From assembly GCA_964035545.1 (NCBI GenBank), contig OZ037768.1, positions 16,661,875 through 16,725,874 on the forward strand: a DNA stretch of 64,000 nucleotides, read 5' to 3'. A program made the translations under genes and the position numbers. A model generated the notes under the pieces. It had not been told where the DNA came from. It saw only the letters and a program-made list of their open reading frames with translations, and did not search any database. Source of the DNA: Bugula neritina (lineage: Eukaryota; Animalia; Bryozoa). Positions 12,583-31,600 of the stretch are shown here, piece by piece; position 1 is the stretch's first letter, and the number at the start of each line of letters is the position of its first letter.

Positions 12583-15500
12583 CTACAATTCTAACTGTTC
12601 TAGTTCATCGTCTAGCCCCTCTAAATCATCATCATCAAATAAATTTTCATCAATGGGTCCAGCTTCATCGACAGTGGCAGCCATGGCAGCTGCTATTGCT
12701 GCATCACTTTCTGCAGCCGGATCAGGTGTAGCAGCAGCCGCCATATTTAGTTTATTTTCTTCCTCTTGTGCTGCAATAGCGTAGAGTAAAGGTAGAACCA
12801 GTATCGAGGTAAGAGTACAGGAGAGTAAAGCAGTATTTCTGTGTATACAAATTCACTGTACTGATGGACTATATATAAAACACAGAGGGAGTTGTCAACG
12901 ATTTCCTTATGTCACACAGCGTTGCGTTTTGGTCCAATAAACTCTTTGCAAAGATGTAAGCAGATATTTCAGTACGGAAATGAGGAGCAAAAACTAATAA
13001 TAACTGATTCAGTGGTAAAAGACATACAGCTGACTGCCAGCTCACTTGATACTGTAGTCTGGTACTGGTAACAGCCTATACCTACTGTGTTAGTTTCATC
13101 CAAAAGTTGATACAAAGTTTTTCTACACACACAAGAAACATAGTGCCGATGAATCAAAGTAAATGCAGTCATCTTCAACTAACCTTCAAGAGAAACAGCA
13201 GTGGCAGCACCCTTAGATTTCAGTAAGTAGTTGATGTCAGCAAATCTCTCGCCAGTGTCAACAGATATATCGGCAGCTATAGATGGAGCTGCCACTCTAC
13301 TCGTTGAATAAGCAAAATCAGCCAAATCAATTTCTTTAAATTGCTGTGCATCTGCTCCCTGGAATAATGAAAACAACTTTTAAATACCAAGAAACCGGAA
13401 CACAGCAACGTGCTCCATGTTACATATGCTATGGGTGCTACATGTGCTATAGGTACTACTTGTGCTATAGGTGTTACATGTGCTATGGTACTACTTGTGC
13501 TATGGATGCTATATGCATGGGCTGGAAAGATTCTGCATCTGTGCATTAGAAATTTTTTAAAAAGTTTTAAATGAATATAAAGAAAAACTTGATAAGAAAC
13601 ACCTTGCCATCAGCATGTCAACCACAAAAGTTTATAACCCAAGTGATTTTAATCAATTCATATTGGATTAATGGTGGTTAACATCACTAAAGTTTATCAA
13701 TTACTTTTTATTCGTTTTGTGTAATAGCTAAATCATGGTTTTGGATTAGGAACGTCTTTTCAACAAATTTGGGTGCTTTGAATGAAAGAAAATAGACACA
13801 GATACAGACTATCTCCAGCAAAAACTTTTCAGGGGGTCACCTGTGGGGCACTTTAGACTTCCTGGCAAGACCAAAGGTAGCTCAGCTTTTACATAATTAC
13901 AATATTGTATAATACTGTTTTAAGAAAGGCGCCAATGACCAAACCAGTATTCATCATCATGTGGGTGCTGTAGCACATGAAAAATGACAGTTTTCTCAAT
14001 TGGCACTACGAATAATAAGGTGAAATTATGAATGGGAGCAAAAAAGTAGAAAAGAAAATATCAGAATAAAAATCCATGTACACCATATTTTCTAGCCTCG
14101 TTTATGATTCACATAACATATTGTGTGATGAAATCCTTGGACTCGGGCAACTAGTGCCAAAACTGATTTTCTCATTTCACCTTACAGACTTTTAACTGCA
14201 CAGATCTTACTGAAGATACCCTGAGATTTTATCTGTCATGACAGCTTTTCTACCAGTAAAATGGCTAAGACGGCACCATGATTATGCTAGCAACTATTTG
14301 TGCAAAATACTGCATTAAGGGAAGACAACTTCTTCGTGCTTCAATGAACAGTTAATTCAGGTTTTAGTAAATGATGCAAATATGCAACTGTATGAAATCT
14401 GAAACACCTCAATCTACATTTTCTGCTAAACAGGAGAGAGCAGTGCTGTAGACTGACAGCAGCACTCAATTTAGTAGTTGTAAAATATTCCTACAAATTT
14501 AAGAGTGCATGTTGTAAAACCATACGAGTACATTCATGGAATGTGCAGAAATACGCACTCATGCACATACACACACATATGCAGAATATAAAGGCAGTTA
14601 CACGCTCAGAATATCCATTACGAATTCCATTTGCTATGTTTAGTTTGGGACAGTGCTGATAGTTTGTTCGAAAAAATGCATGCATATTTGGAGAGTATGG
14701 AAGGCAGCACATAGACATGGAAAGTATGTAAGGTAGCACATAGACATGGAGAGTGTGGAAGGCAGCATATAGATATACAGAATATGGAAGGCAGTACAGA
14801 CATAGAGAGTATGTAAGGCAGCACATAGACATAGAGAGTGTGGAAGGCAGTACATAGACATGGAGTGTGGAAGGCAGCACATAGACATAGAGAGTATGGA
14901 AGGCAGCACATAGACATAGAGAGTGTATGGAAGGCAGTACATAGACATAGAGAGTGTGGAAGGCAGCACATAGACATAGAGAGTGTGGAAGGCAGTACAT
15001 AGACATAGAAAGCATGGGAGGCAGCACATAGACATGGAGAGTATGTAAGGCAGCACATAGACATAGAGCGTGTGGAAGGCAGCACATATTTACAGTCACC
15101 TCTATTTCCTCATCCTCTTCTCTTATGTAAGCTGTGTCATCTGCTTCATCATCGTCCCCGGCAACAAGGTCAGGGTTAAATGTAAACAAGTCACGCCCAC
15201 TGACCCCAAACATTTTACCTTTACTAAAATCTGACTTCTTCTTTTCGTTAGCTGCTTTATCTTGTTTAATTTTCTCTGATCGCTAGAAATAGATTATCAC
15301 AAATGTGCACACACATAAATTATGTTGTTCAGCTGAATTCACAGAAATCTGCTTGAATGTTGCACCAGAAACTATGATATCTTTGAGAAATTATTATCTG
15401 CACAAATTACACTGGTTAGGAGAACACCCAACAATTACCCACTATAGCGCAAGGGGCAATAACTCCAAATTGAAAACTTGTTCACTAGTTATCTTACAAC

Positions 15501-18500
15501 ATGGATTTGGCATATTGTATGATATTCTGCATTAGAATAGAAGTAAAAAACTGACCTTTTACAACAACTATGAACCCAGAAATCAAAACTACAACACGAA
15601 CCTTTCTTGCTTTCCAAGCTAAGAATGTATCCAGAGTGACCCTAGTTAAACTGCTGCCTAGTTTAGCTCTCTCTCTTTCTATCAATTCTTCCAAAGTAAT
15701 TGTGTCCTGTAATAGCATACTGTACATATTAGTAGTGCATGTGCATGCAATAACAACCGTCAGATCTGTCAATTTATTACTATACCCCAGCAACATACTC
15801 AAACATTATATTACCTAAGCGTTGTGTAGTATCACTGTATACTGTTTCAGCTATTTGCTAGGAGTATATAAAAATAGATAGAGAATTCAAATTTATTAAC
15901 TGAAAAAATTAGGTTGGTTGTTGTACACACCTTTTGTTCTTCCATCTTCTTTCTATCTTTAGCGAGCACATAGCCGGGTGGTAATGCGTGCTTATAATGA
16001 CACTTCTCTCCAGTCGGACATTCCCAAAACCAACCATACTTACTGTTTTCCACTGCATCCAGAAAATGTTTACATATCTACAGATGTAACATATAACTGA
16101 AGATATAATATAGCAAATATATAACATATAGCTGACGATATAATATAGCAAATATATAACATATAACTGAAGATATAATATAGCAAATGTATAACATATA
16201 ACTGAAGATATAATATAGCAAATGTATAACATATAGCTGAAGATATAATATAGCAAATGTATAACATATAACTGAAGATATAATATAGCAAATATATAAC
16301 ATATAGCTGACGATATGATATAGCAAACATGAGATGCATGTAAATTGTATCCACTTTCACTACACAGAAGGTATACATTATCCGTATTTGTTGCAACTTG
16401 TAAAAAATGCCATTTTCGATTACTTGCTTCAAAATTTGAACTTACAAGACTAGAAAAAAGCATCACATGACCTAAAGTTAAACTTACAATCGTGGTGGGT
16501 GGAAGCCCTCGATTTTTACTGCCATGCTTTTCGTTTACCACGTCCTCTAGCTTTTCCTGGTCCCATGCATCCATAGCATCCTCAGCTACAAAAAGAGTTG
16601 GTTTCAGTTGAATTCATTTACAACTCCTTTTCTAATTCTAAGATAACATTTTTAAGTTAGTTCAAGTTTGCCTTTAGCTGCAGTTTCAGTTCAAACCAAG
16701 TAGTGCAGCAAGTCTTGATTCAAGGCAAGTCTTTAATGAATGTTTCAGTTCAACTTATTATGTTAATATTAGCTGCTTATCTGAAAGTGAATTTTGCAGA
16801 TATTTATAATATATAACATTTACCATACGCTTTGTAGAACTACTGCTATTACTTGCAGGCATCAAAGTATACACACAAGGGAGCAGCCATGGTCTAGGGG
16901 TTAGAGTGTTTGCCTGGTCAGCAGGAAGTCATGGGTTCGAGCCCCGACAAAGACAATGAATGGGTGATGTTAAGAAGAGCATCCAGTCATAATTGCGCCT
17001 GCGTCCATCTGAATAAGTCCTTAGCCCGATTTAACAAAAAACCCTTGCCATCAGGGGGTTTCTCATAAGGATGGCGACTATAAACTTGTGTGAGTTTATA
17101 ACTACGGTGGAGGATAAGTTACCTTTGTTATCTGCATATAAACTTCTCTTTTCCGTTTTTTTGTCTATTGTCAGGTCATGTGAGAATTTGCATTTTGCAC
17201 CTTTACCGCAATTTCCTTGTTTGAAGAATGCGCAGAGCACAGATTTGGGGTCGGCACCTAAAAGAGCATAACAAGCAGAATAATATGCACAATTACTACG
17301 ATTAATACTTATATTGTTACTATTAACAATACTTCTACTTATACTACTACATCTAATTTAAGAGCATAAAAAGGGAAAATTATATATCAACGTTCAATAT
17401 TATACTCAATAAATGCAAAAGACTGAAATTTCATAACCAGCAAGCAAAGTAGTAACTGAAAGAACATGTAAATAAAATAACCTAAGTTGTGTTCCAGCTG
17501 GTCATTTAAATTCTAACAGACAAACCTTTTGATACTGTTTGAACAGGTCTAAAAAGATCATTTAACTCTGCCTTTTTCTTAGCTTCATCTTCTTTCTTCT
17601 TCTGTTGAGCAGCGAGTTCTTGAGAAGCTTTTTGATGAGGAGTCAGCACTTGCTTCTGTACTTGTTGAATAAATTTTTGCTGCTTAGTTCCTTTTTTATT
17701 TTTTAACCCAAATGTTTTGTCCTGCAAATATACGATACGTATATTGATTACTGAGCGTTATACTTTTATTAAATTGAGTAACCATAAGTAGTTTATATAC
17801 CAGTATCGGTAATTCTAAAATCAACATAAACTATTATCGCCACTTGCTCCTGTCAATTACGACATACATACACCCACATGCAATTATATGCACACATATA
17901 CACACTTGCAAAAAGAGACATATATAAAAACGTGTAATAAAGTTATGATTTACAAAAATGCTGCATAATTAAAAATTAGAATTAACAGATGAAAACTGAC
18001 TGGTTTCTTCCAGACCACATCACTTAGTTAGGTACTTGGTATATGATGACAAATTAAACTTTAGCTGCTGATAATTAAGCATAATAAGAAGGTAAAAACA
18101 CTTAGACTTTGAATTTTGATGACAAAGAATATTAAATGTACAAAATAAAAAAACTAGCTATTCCAATCAAAATTTATTATGACTTCAAAATTTATCAACA
18201 CTAATATAGTAATAATAATATATATGTATTTTATTAGTAGAATATCTTAAGATTTCAAATTAATATAAATACGCCTATTATAATGCATTACATTATTATT
18301 CACGTAGTAATCAATTGTTGTAATCATTATTAAACAAAAACATAAAATTAAATCAATTTTTATTTAAAAAATTAATTTGGGTTTTTTACTTAATTTAGTA
18401 CACATTGGAAATCTCCAGTTTTGAGCTATTTTTTACAATTTAGCTGCTAATGAACATGGACTTTTGCCCAAAAACTAGTAGAATATTAATAAATGCACCT

Positions 18501-19568
18501 GAATAATCAAGGTTCTTTTAATTTTGCATGATTTCCCATGTTTTTTCCTAATTATTTAGCTAATTTAGATTGGTTTTTTTCGTAACGGTCTGCAATCAAA
18601 AGTAGCTAAATAATTAGGAAAAAACATGGGAAATCATGCAAAATTAAAAAGTACCTTGATTAATTAGGGGCATTTATTAATATTCTACTAGTTTTGGGCA
18701 AAAGTTCATGTTCATTAGCGGCTAAATGGTAAAAAATAGCTAAAAACTGGAGATTTCCAATGTGTACTAAATTAAGTAAAATAACCCATTTGCCATTTAT
18801 TTGCTTAAAATTGAGTTCATTGTTGACTATAAATGACAACTATTTAACTAATTTCAAAACTAAAATTAAGAAAATGTCATTTTTTTTCTTCATTGATAAA
18901 CTAATACATTGAGTTATCATAGGAATTCTAGTTCTGAAGCTCCAGTAGATAATTATAATACGACATTCACATAGCATTAGCTATCCAAACATTTCATACC
19001 TTTTCGATTCAAAGTTTAATAGCCATAACCATACTCATACTCACTAGTCCAACTCTATAACTATAAGTAGTTTTTAGATAAAATAAAAACATATTGATAG
19101 TTACATGATCACTGAAAACTGTGATAACAGATAAGTGATACCGATATTAATAAAACAAATCATTATGATTCAAATTATGATTTTTATTTGGAGGGAATAG
19201 AATAATCATAATGATAATGTAGAATGTTTATTAATAACAATTGCAATCCTATCATTACCACTATAATTATGAGTATGAGATTGAGTATCTTATAGTTATA
19301 GTTAATGTTATACTTATAGTTATTGAGAATCATATTGATATTATTATATTTTTTGTGTCGGGTGATATTCATATTGATATTGATTGATTTTGGAAGAATA
19401 TGTTACTAAAATAACGTGCAGACCAACGTGAATGTTTTTAAACCTCATTTTGATTTTTAATTAAAGTTGCAGTCTAAAAGTAAAACTTTAAGTTTTTACC
19501 TCAATAACTTTAGCTTTTTGCTTTTGCTCAGTTTTTTTGCTTGGGGCATCTTTCTTCTTGGGTGGCAT
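12583..19568 (-). CDS. ZC3H15: Zinc finger CCCH domain-containing protein 15 (DFRP1/LEREPO4), ~431 aa
   Basis: Exons 19568-19500, 17721-17526, 17257-17123, 16585-16488, 16077-15931, 15706-15602, 15282-15100, 13358-13184 and 12770-12583 are all GT-AG and in frame (1296 nt). Motifs: [79 protein letters not shown] tail. Confidence 0.96.
13416..13517. repeat. 18-bp minisatellite (approx. CATGTGCTATAGGTACTA, 5-6 copies)
   Basis: Visible tandem array in the ZC3H15 intron, about 60 nt from the acceptor at 13359. Confidence 0.85.
14690..15088. repeat. 29-bp minisatellite (GGAAGGCAGCACATAGACATAGAGAGTGT, ~14 copies)
   Basis: Tandem array beginning about 10 nt inside the intron after the ZC3H15 donor at 15099. 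It explains three overlapping spurious minus-strand ORFs. Confidence 0.95.
16085..16328. repeat. 35-bp minisatellite (ATAACATATAACTGAAGATATAATATAGCAAATAT, ~7 copies)
   Basis: Period 35 (motif at 16096, 16131, 16166 and onward), abutting the ZC3H15 acceptor at 16078. Confidence 0.95.
16879..17097 (+). mobile_element. tRNA-derived SINE, copy 2 (best-preserved head)
   Basis: Pol III A box TGGTCTAGGGG (16890-16900) and B box GGTTCGAGCCC (16934-16944), then a ~150-bp body shared with three other copies, ending in TGTGTGAGTTT. Confidence 0.9.
18378..18788. mobile_element. Foldback / long inverted repeat (two ~185-bp arms, ~40-bp spacer)
   Basis: 18378-18562 is the near-perfect reverse complement of ~18603-18788 (for example TTACTTAATTTAGTACACATTGGAAATCTCCAGTTTT vs AAAACTGGAGATTTCCAATGTGTACTAAATTAAGTAA). 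It lies in ZC3H15 intron 1. No clear TSD. Confidence 0.85.
19020..19390. repeat. Degenerate period-3/6 AT-rich low-complexity tract
   Basis: TATAAC/ATCATA/TGAGTA/TTATAG-type runs just downstream of ZC3H15 exon 1. Confidence 0.6.
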
Positions 19569-20358
19569 TGTGAAGTGCTGCCGTTAAACGTTTTTATACA
19601 ATGACGTTACTTTTAGAAACCCTTCTAATCAAATTTTTCTGCAATTGAATTATAAAATTTTCTTCATGCACCAAGTCTAATTTGTTTAGAGCACATAAAT
19701 GATGAATTAACCGACAGATCAGGGATTACATGTCTCATGTAAAATATAGTCCAAAACGTTAGCTGTGCTTAGAATAGTACAAGCTATTGCAATCCAATTA
19801 CACGGTAAAATCTGGTATTGAATTTACCTGCGGTTGTAACAGCTTGGTACTTTCCGGTTTTGCTGTCCCAATGTGATTTCATTAGAAAAGAAAACTCCAA
19901 CACATTCTATGCATACGAGAAGTGGTTACGATATAAAACTCTTGATATTATAGCAAAAAGTAACTCAGGCAAAATGTTTAAAAACAAGGTTTTTGGCATG
20001 GCAATGCTTTCATGCAGGAGATTTGTATCATATTTGCAAAAATGAACATAACAGGAAACAGAACTTGAATTTTTTTTTCTATAAAACAATTTAGTTTTTT
20101 TGTTGCTGAAAGTCTCTAACAAAGTAACGTGAGCAGAGAAAAATATAATACGATGATGGTATAAATTTACATATCACTTGTAACAGAAGTTTTTACCAAA
20201 TAAATATATAGGTGAGTAGATACAAAGTAAATAGAAAAAAAAACATAAGAAAACATTTTTTTCTGTCATGCATTATATGTATTTTGATAAAGTGACAGTT
20301 ACTATTTACAAAACTATAATTTCACTAAAAAATAACTCAGTATTTAATCCTACACCAT

Positions 20359-27716
<7,358 letters not shown>

Positions 27717-28649
27717 ATTTGATTCATCTTACACGGAACAACTTTCAAAATCCCTCGAACAATTTAAAAATCTAAAAAATATATACATGGTTAACAAAAC
27801 CCTCCAGAGCAAATGTGCATTGGGGTAAGATAAGATTTCTCTTATTAGCCTAAATAAAAAATAATGCTGACGGTTTAAGCACATTTAGATAGTACTACTG
27901 GATCTATTGCTAATTTGTGGCATCTGTTTTCTTTTGTAAAAAAACAAGTTTGCAACTGATCTAGGGTTTAATGATCTACAGTTTATAATAACATTCATAG
28001 AAATATATTTTATTTAAACAATTTTAAATATGGTTGATATATTTTTGTATATAATTTAATTTACATTTTGCAACTTTTCCAGTACCATTGTATGTATGAA
28101 CTGATGCAATGCCACCAGAAAGCAAGTTTTGCTGGAAATGTTTTAAATTTCGAGTTGAAATTAAATCGTTTTTGCAGAAACAAGGCGCTCTCCCATACAG
28201 CTGATGTGCAACTCAGCATGACCTGCAGTATTATCTCAAAGCACTTGTTGATATACTTTTATCAATACACCTCTGATCACATTCATAAGTCCATAATTAT
28301 AATGATAAGTTATTATGAGGTTCTGTTCATATAATAGTTTACCCTATTTGATCTCATTACCTATAACAATGGTTTAAAGTAACAATAATTGTGATCATCA
28401 ACACGCTCAACATAGTCAACGGATAAACAAGAAAGGAGCAGAAAAACCACTAATTGGCAATGGAACTGATCTGCATTTAGAAAACCTCAATACAAGGCAT
28501 GACTATGATCATGGTAAATAGACGACTTGGGGTGATGTAAGCTTATAGGTCTATAGACTAGAAGTAGAGGACACTACTGTACTTGGAATTAGTATAACAA
28601 AACCATTCAACAAACAAAGTGAGACAGGCCTGTTACTATCCTAATTTTT

Positions 28650-29780
28650 TAGCTTAGTGAAACTACTAGTACTAGTAGTTAGTACTAGGTCAATGGTAAG
28701 AGACTAAAAATAATAATTATCATCATTATAGTAGTATTGGTAATACAGATAACCTTACTAAAATCAGCTCACATTTTGAAAAAAGTCCTATTTATCCCAG
28801 CTTAGCCTAAATAGCTGTGATACAACCAATAAATAAATTATCATTATGCATATTACTATTAATAGTATTCCACTATTACTTGTAATACTACTACTACCAC
28901 TGGTACTACCACTAGTACTACCAGTACCATTGGTACGGCTACTACTACTGCTACTACTACTACTGCTACTACTACTAGTGCTACCACTGTCACTAGTAGG
29001 CCTACTGCCACCAGTACTACCAGTACTACCACCACCACTAGTGCTATTGCTAGTATAGTAGTAATAGTATAGGTAGATAGGTAATTACTATAACTTACAT
29101 ACGCATACTGATACTGTATTAACTATAAAGTCTATAATCTGTGGATAATAGACTATAACTATAAGTATGAGAATAAGTATAATTATAAGTGCAAGACAGA
29201 GACTAAGTTTAACCTATACCAAATCTGATACTTATAGTTATAGTAATACTAATAGCAATATTACAGTAATTCACTAATAGTATTACTATTAGTAATAGTT
29301 ATACTTTTAAGTTTTATAATGGTAATATAGTATAACTATTACTATAACTATAAGTATAAGTATAAGTAATATTCACTACAACTATAGGTATTACTATTAG
29401 TATATATTATATAATATTCAATTTAATTTTAATTTTATTTCATATTCATATTCACTTATAGTTATAAGTATAAGCATAACAGTTAAAAGCTATAATTATA
29501 CTTATACTTATAGTTATTGTCTAAGTCTATTAATATATATAAAAATTTACCTGTAGTTATACTTATACTTATACTATAAGTATAACTATAGCATTGAATT
29601 TGATATAATTTAAATTATCATAATGATAATGATAGTTATAAACCAATTTATCACGTTTTAGTTTACTTCAGTTTATTATAATTAGCTGAAGTTTGTATTA
29701 TTATTTTGACTGTTATACTAGTAAATTTATGAGTATCGTAATAAAGTTTTAAGTTTGAATAACAATGCCGAATACACTTA
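28650..29780. repeat. Compound (CTA/TAG/TAA/TATAAG)n low-complexity tract
   Basis: Directly visible. It generates the poly-Leu pseudo-ORF 28846-29058. Confidence 0.9.
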
Positions 29781-30105
29781 TAATTATAGACTTATTTATA
29801 GTTATACGCTTACAGAAGACACTACCATACAAGTTGCTTCAAGATCGTGCTAAAAATCAGAATCGTTTCACCCGCTAAAATTGGAAAATAGGATTGGCCA
29901 AGAACTATACAGCAGCCAGTTACAGATCGTTGCAGCATTATTTCTAATTGGCTAAAAGCTTTGGCTTTGTTTAAGGAAAGTCTCGTTCGTGTAGCTTACA
30001 CACACAAAATATTTTTTTAAGCTGTAGACAAAAAATTAGGCTATAGTGTATGTTTTTAAGCGTAATCAAAATCTGATCAAAACTTGATCAATGTTATCAA
30101 GCCAA
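29780..30105. promoter_or_regulatory. Candidate promoter island with inverted CCAAT boxes
   Basis: Unique, CpG-containing sequence between simple-repeat tracts in the divergent RAD54L/LDB intergenic region, with ATTGG at 29893 and 29947. Confidence 0.35.
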
Positions 30106-31600
30106 CTATAACTATTAGTATTACTATTTGTATTACCACACTCTAACTTCGATTGTCCACTCACCATGACCATTTTGATTCAGTTTAATTATTTTATGTG
30201 TCATTCATTTTCAATTGATCATTTATTTTTGCAAGCTTGAAGTTTTATCATACTCATAGTGATAGTGAAACCCACACTCACAGTGAAACTGAATCAGAAT
30301 GTGATACTCACTCTCAGTCTCATACTGATAGTGATAATGATAGTCATACTCTCATAGTCATAGTGATGGTATCACATATTGATACTCTTGATACTCATAG
30401 TGATAGAGATTCAGACTGACTTCGAGCTAGTTTTAGTTTACTGTTCAGTAGTATTTCTAGTAGTACTAATACTAATAGTACTCTAGTAATACTAATAGTA
30501 ATAGTAATAGTTAAACAGGGTAGTACTAGTAGTAGGGGTGCAGGTCATTTCGTACCCATTTTTCATGTCGTTTCTTACACATCTGATAAGTCGTTTCGTA
30601 TACATCTGATAAGTCATTTCGTACACATCAATATGAATATAAATTAACTAAAATGCATATTTTTATATATATTTATTATTTAATGTATGAGTCATACAGT
30701 GCTACTCACAAGTGACTTGCTGTTGCACATTTCATTTCGCTGTATGCTTATTTATTATTGTGGTATGTAGATGTTAGGGGGGACTTTTTTCGTTTAGATA
30801 TTGTTATCAGTAGATAGCAGCACATAGTTAAGAATGTATTTTTTGTTTCAAAAACATGCTGAGAGAGAGAGAGAGAGAGCTGGGATGCAATAAATAAGTA
30901 AACTATTATCATTCAAGTGGTTATTCAGTGGATTAATATACTGTTCATTTTGTGTACGAAATGGACAGCGGTTTGTGTACAAAACAACTATTTTGTATAC
31001 ACAACGACCGGTGTACGAAATGACTTGTGTACAAAACGACAGTAACCCTAGTAGCAGTACTACCACTACCCGATTTGAACATCGGATCAACTACAGCAAC
31101 CACAGTGCGGTCCCATACTGCACTCTCACAGTAGTAGTAGTAGCAGTAGCAGTAGTAGTAGTAGTAGCAGTGTTACTATTACTATTGATACTAGTAGATG
31201 CAGTAGTACTAGGCTAGTAGTACTAGTAGTACCAGTACTTATACTAATACTAATAGTAATAGTAAATGTAATACTTATACTTTAGCTATTAGTGTTAGTA
31301 TAATTATAAGCATTGCTAAGTTTAATAGTAGTAAATTTAAATTAAATTAGTAACTTCAATACTATTTAATTTTATTACTATGAATTTTACAATAAGTTTG
31401 ATAATTATAATATCAATGTAATTATATGTTTAACTTTATATTTAATTTAATTTTTATAGTTGATGTTATTAAACTTTAAATTACTATTACTATCAATATT
31501 AGTTAACCCTGATTTCGTATTGCACGGTGAAGGGCAATACTAGTGCTAATAATGATAAACATACTGATTATGATAAACCATGGTGATAGTTATACATAAC
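30105..31600. repeat. Compound (TAG/TCA/TGA/TAA)n low-complexity tract interrupted by a MITE
   Basis: Directly visible. It generates pseudo-ORFs 30237-30419 and 30975-31217. Confidence 0.85.
30535..31048. mobile_element. Non-autonomous DNA transposon (MITE) with repeated subterminal motifs
   Basis: The left end GGGGTGCAGGTCATTTCGTAC is followed by GTCRTTTCGTAYAC-type repeats. The right end carries inverted GTRTACRAAAYGAC-type repeats and ends ACAGTAACCC. Flanks are TAGTAGTA / TAGTAGCA. Confidence 0.75.

Noticed and set aside
13876-13965. Possible intronic C/D snoRNA (AUGAUGA ... CUGA about 75 nt apart on the minus strand)
   Set aside because: No terminal stem, no C'/D' boxes and no recognisable rRNA-complementary guide.
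13978-14184. Short inverted repeats (TAAGGTGAAAT ... ATTTCACCTTA)
   Set aside because: Possibly a decayed MITE, but too short and degenerate to define ends or a TSD.
14491-15099. Three overlapping Cys/Leu/Met-rich minus-strand ORFs (138-240 aa)
   Set aside because: They are translations of the stop-free 29-bp minisatellite. Only 15100-15282 is a real ZC3H15 exon.
14690-16328. CRISPR-like regular 29-bp and 35-bp repeats
   Set aside because: Head-to-tail tandem units with no unique spacers and no cas genes, in a eukaryotic intron.
16078-16487. Tyr/Ile-rich hydrophobic ORFs that look like membrane proteins
   Set aside because: Read-through of the 35-bp intronic minisatellite.
16879-16950. Possible tRNA gene (A and B boxes)
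   Set aside because: No intact cloverleaf or oligo-T terminator, and it continues into a body shared by four diverged copies, so it is a SINE head.
28846-29058. Poly-Leu/Pro ORF resembling a signal peptide
   Set aside because: Translation of a (CTA/CCA)n microsatellite.
30237-30419. His/Ser/Asp-rich ORF resembling a metal-binding peptide
   Set aside because: Degenerate hexamer repeat, TTG start, no splice support.
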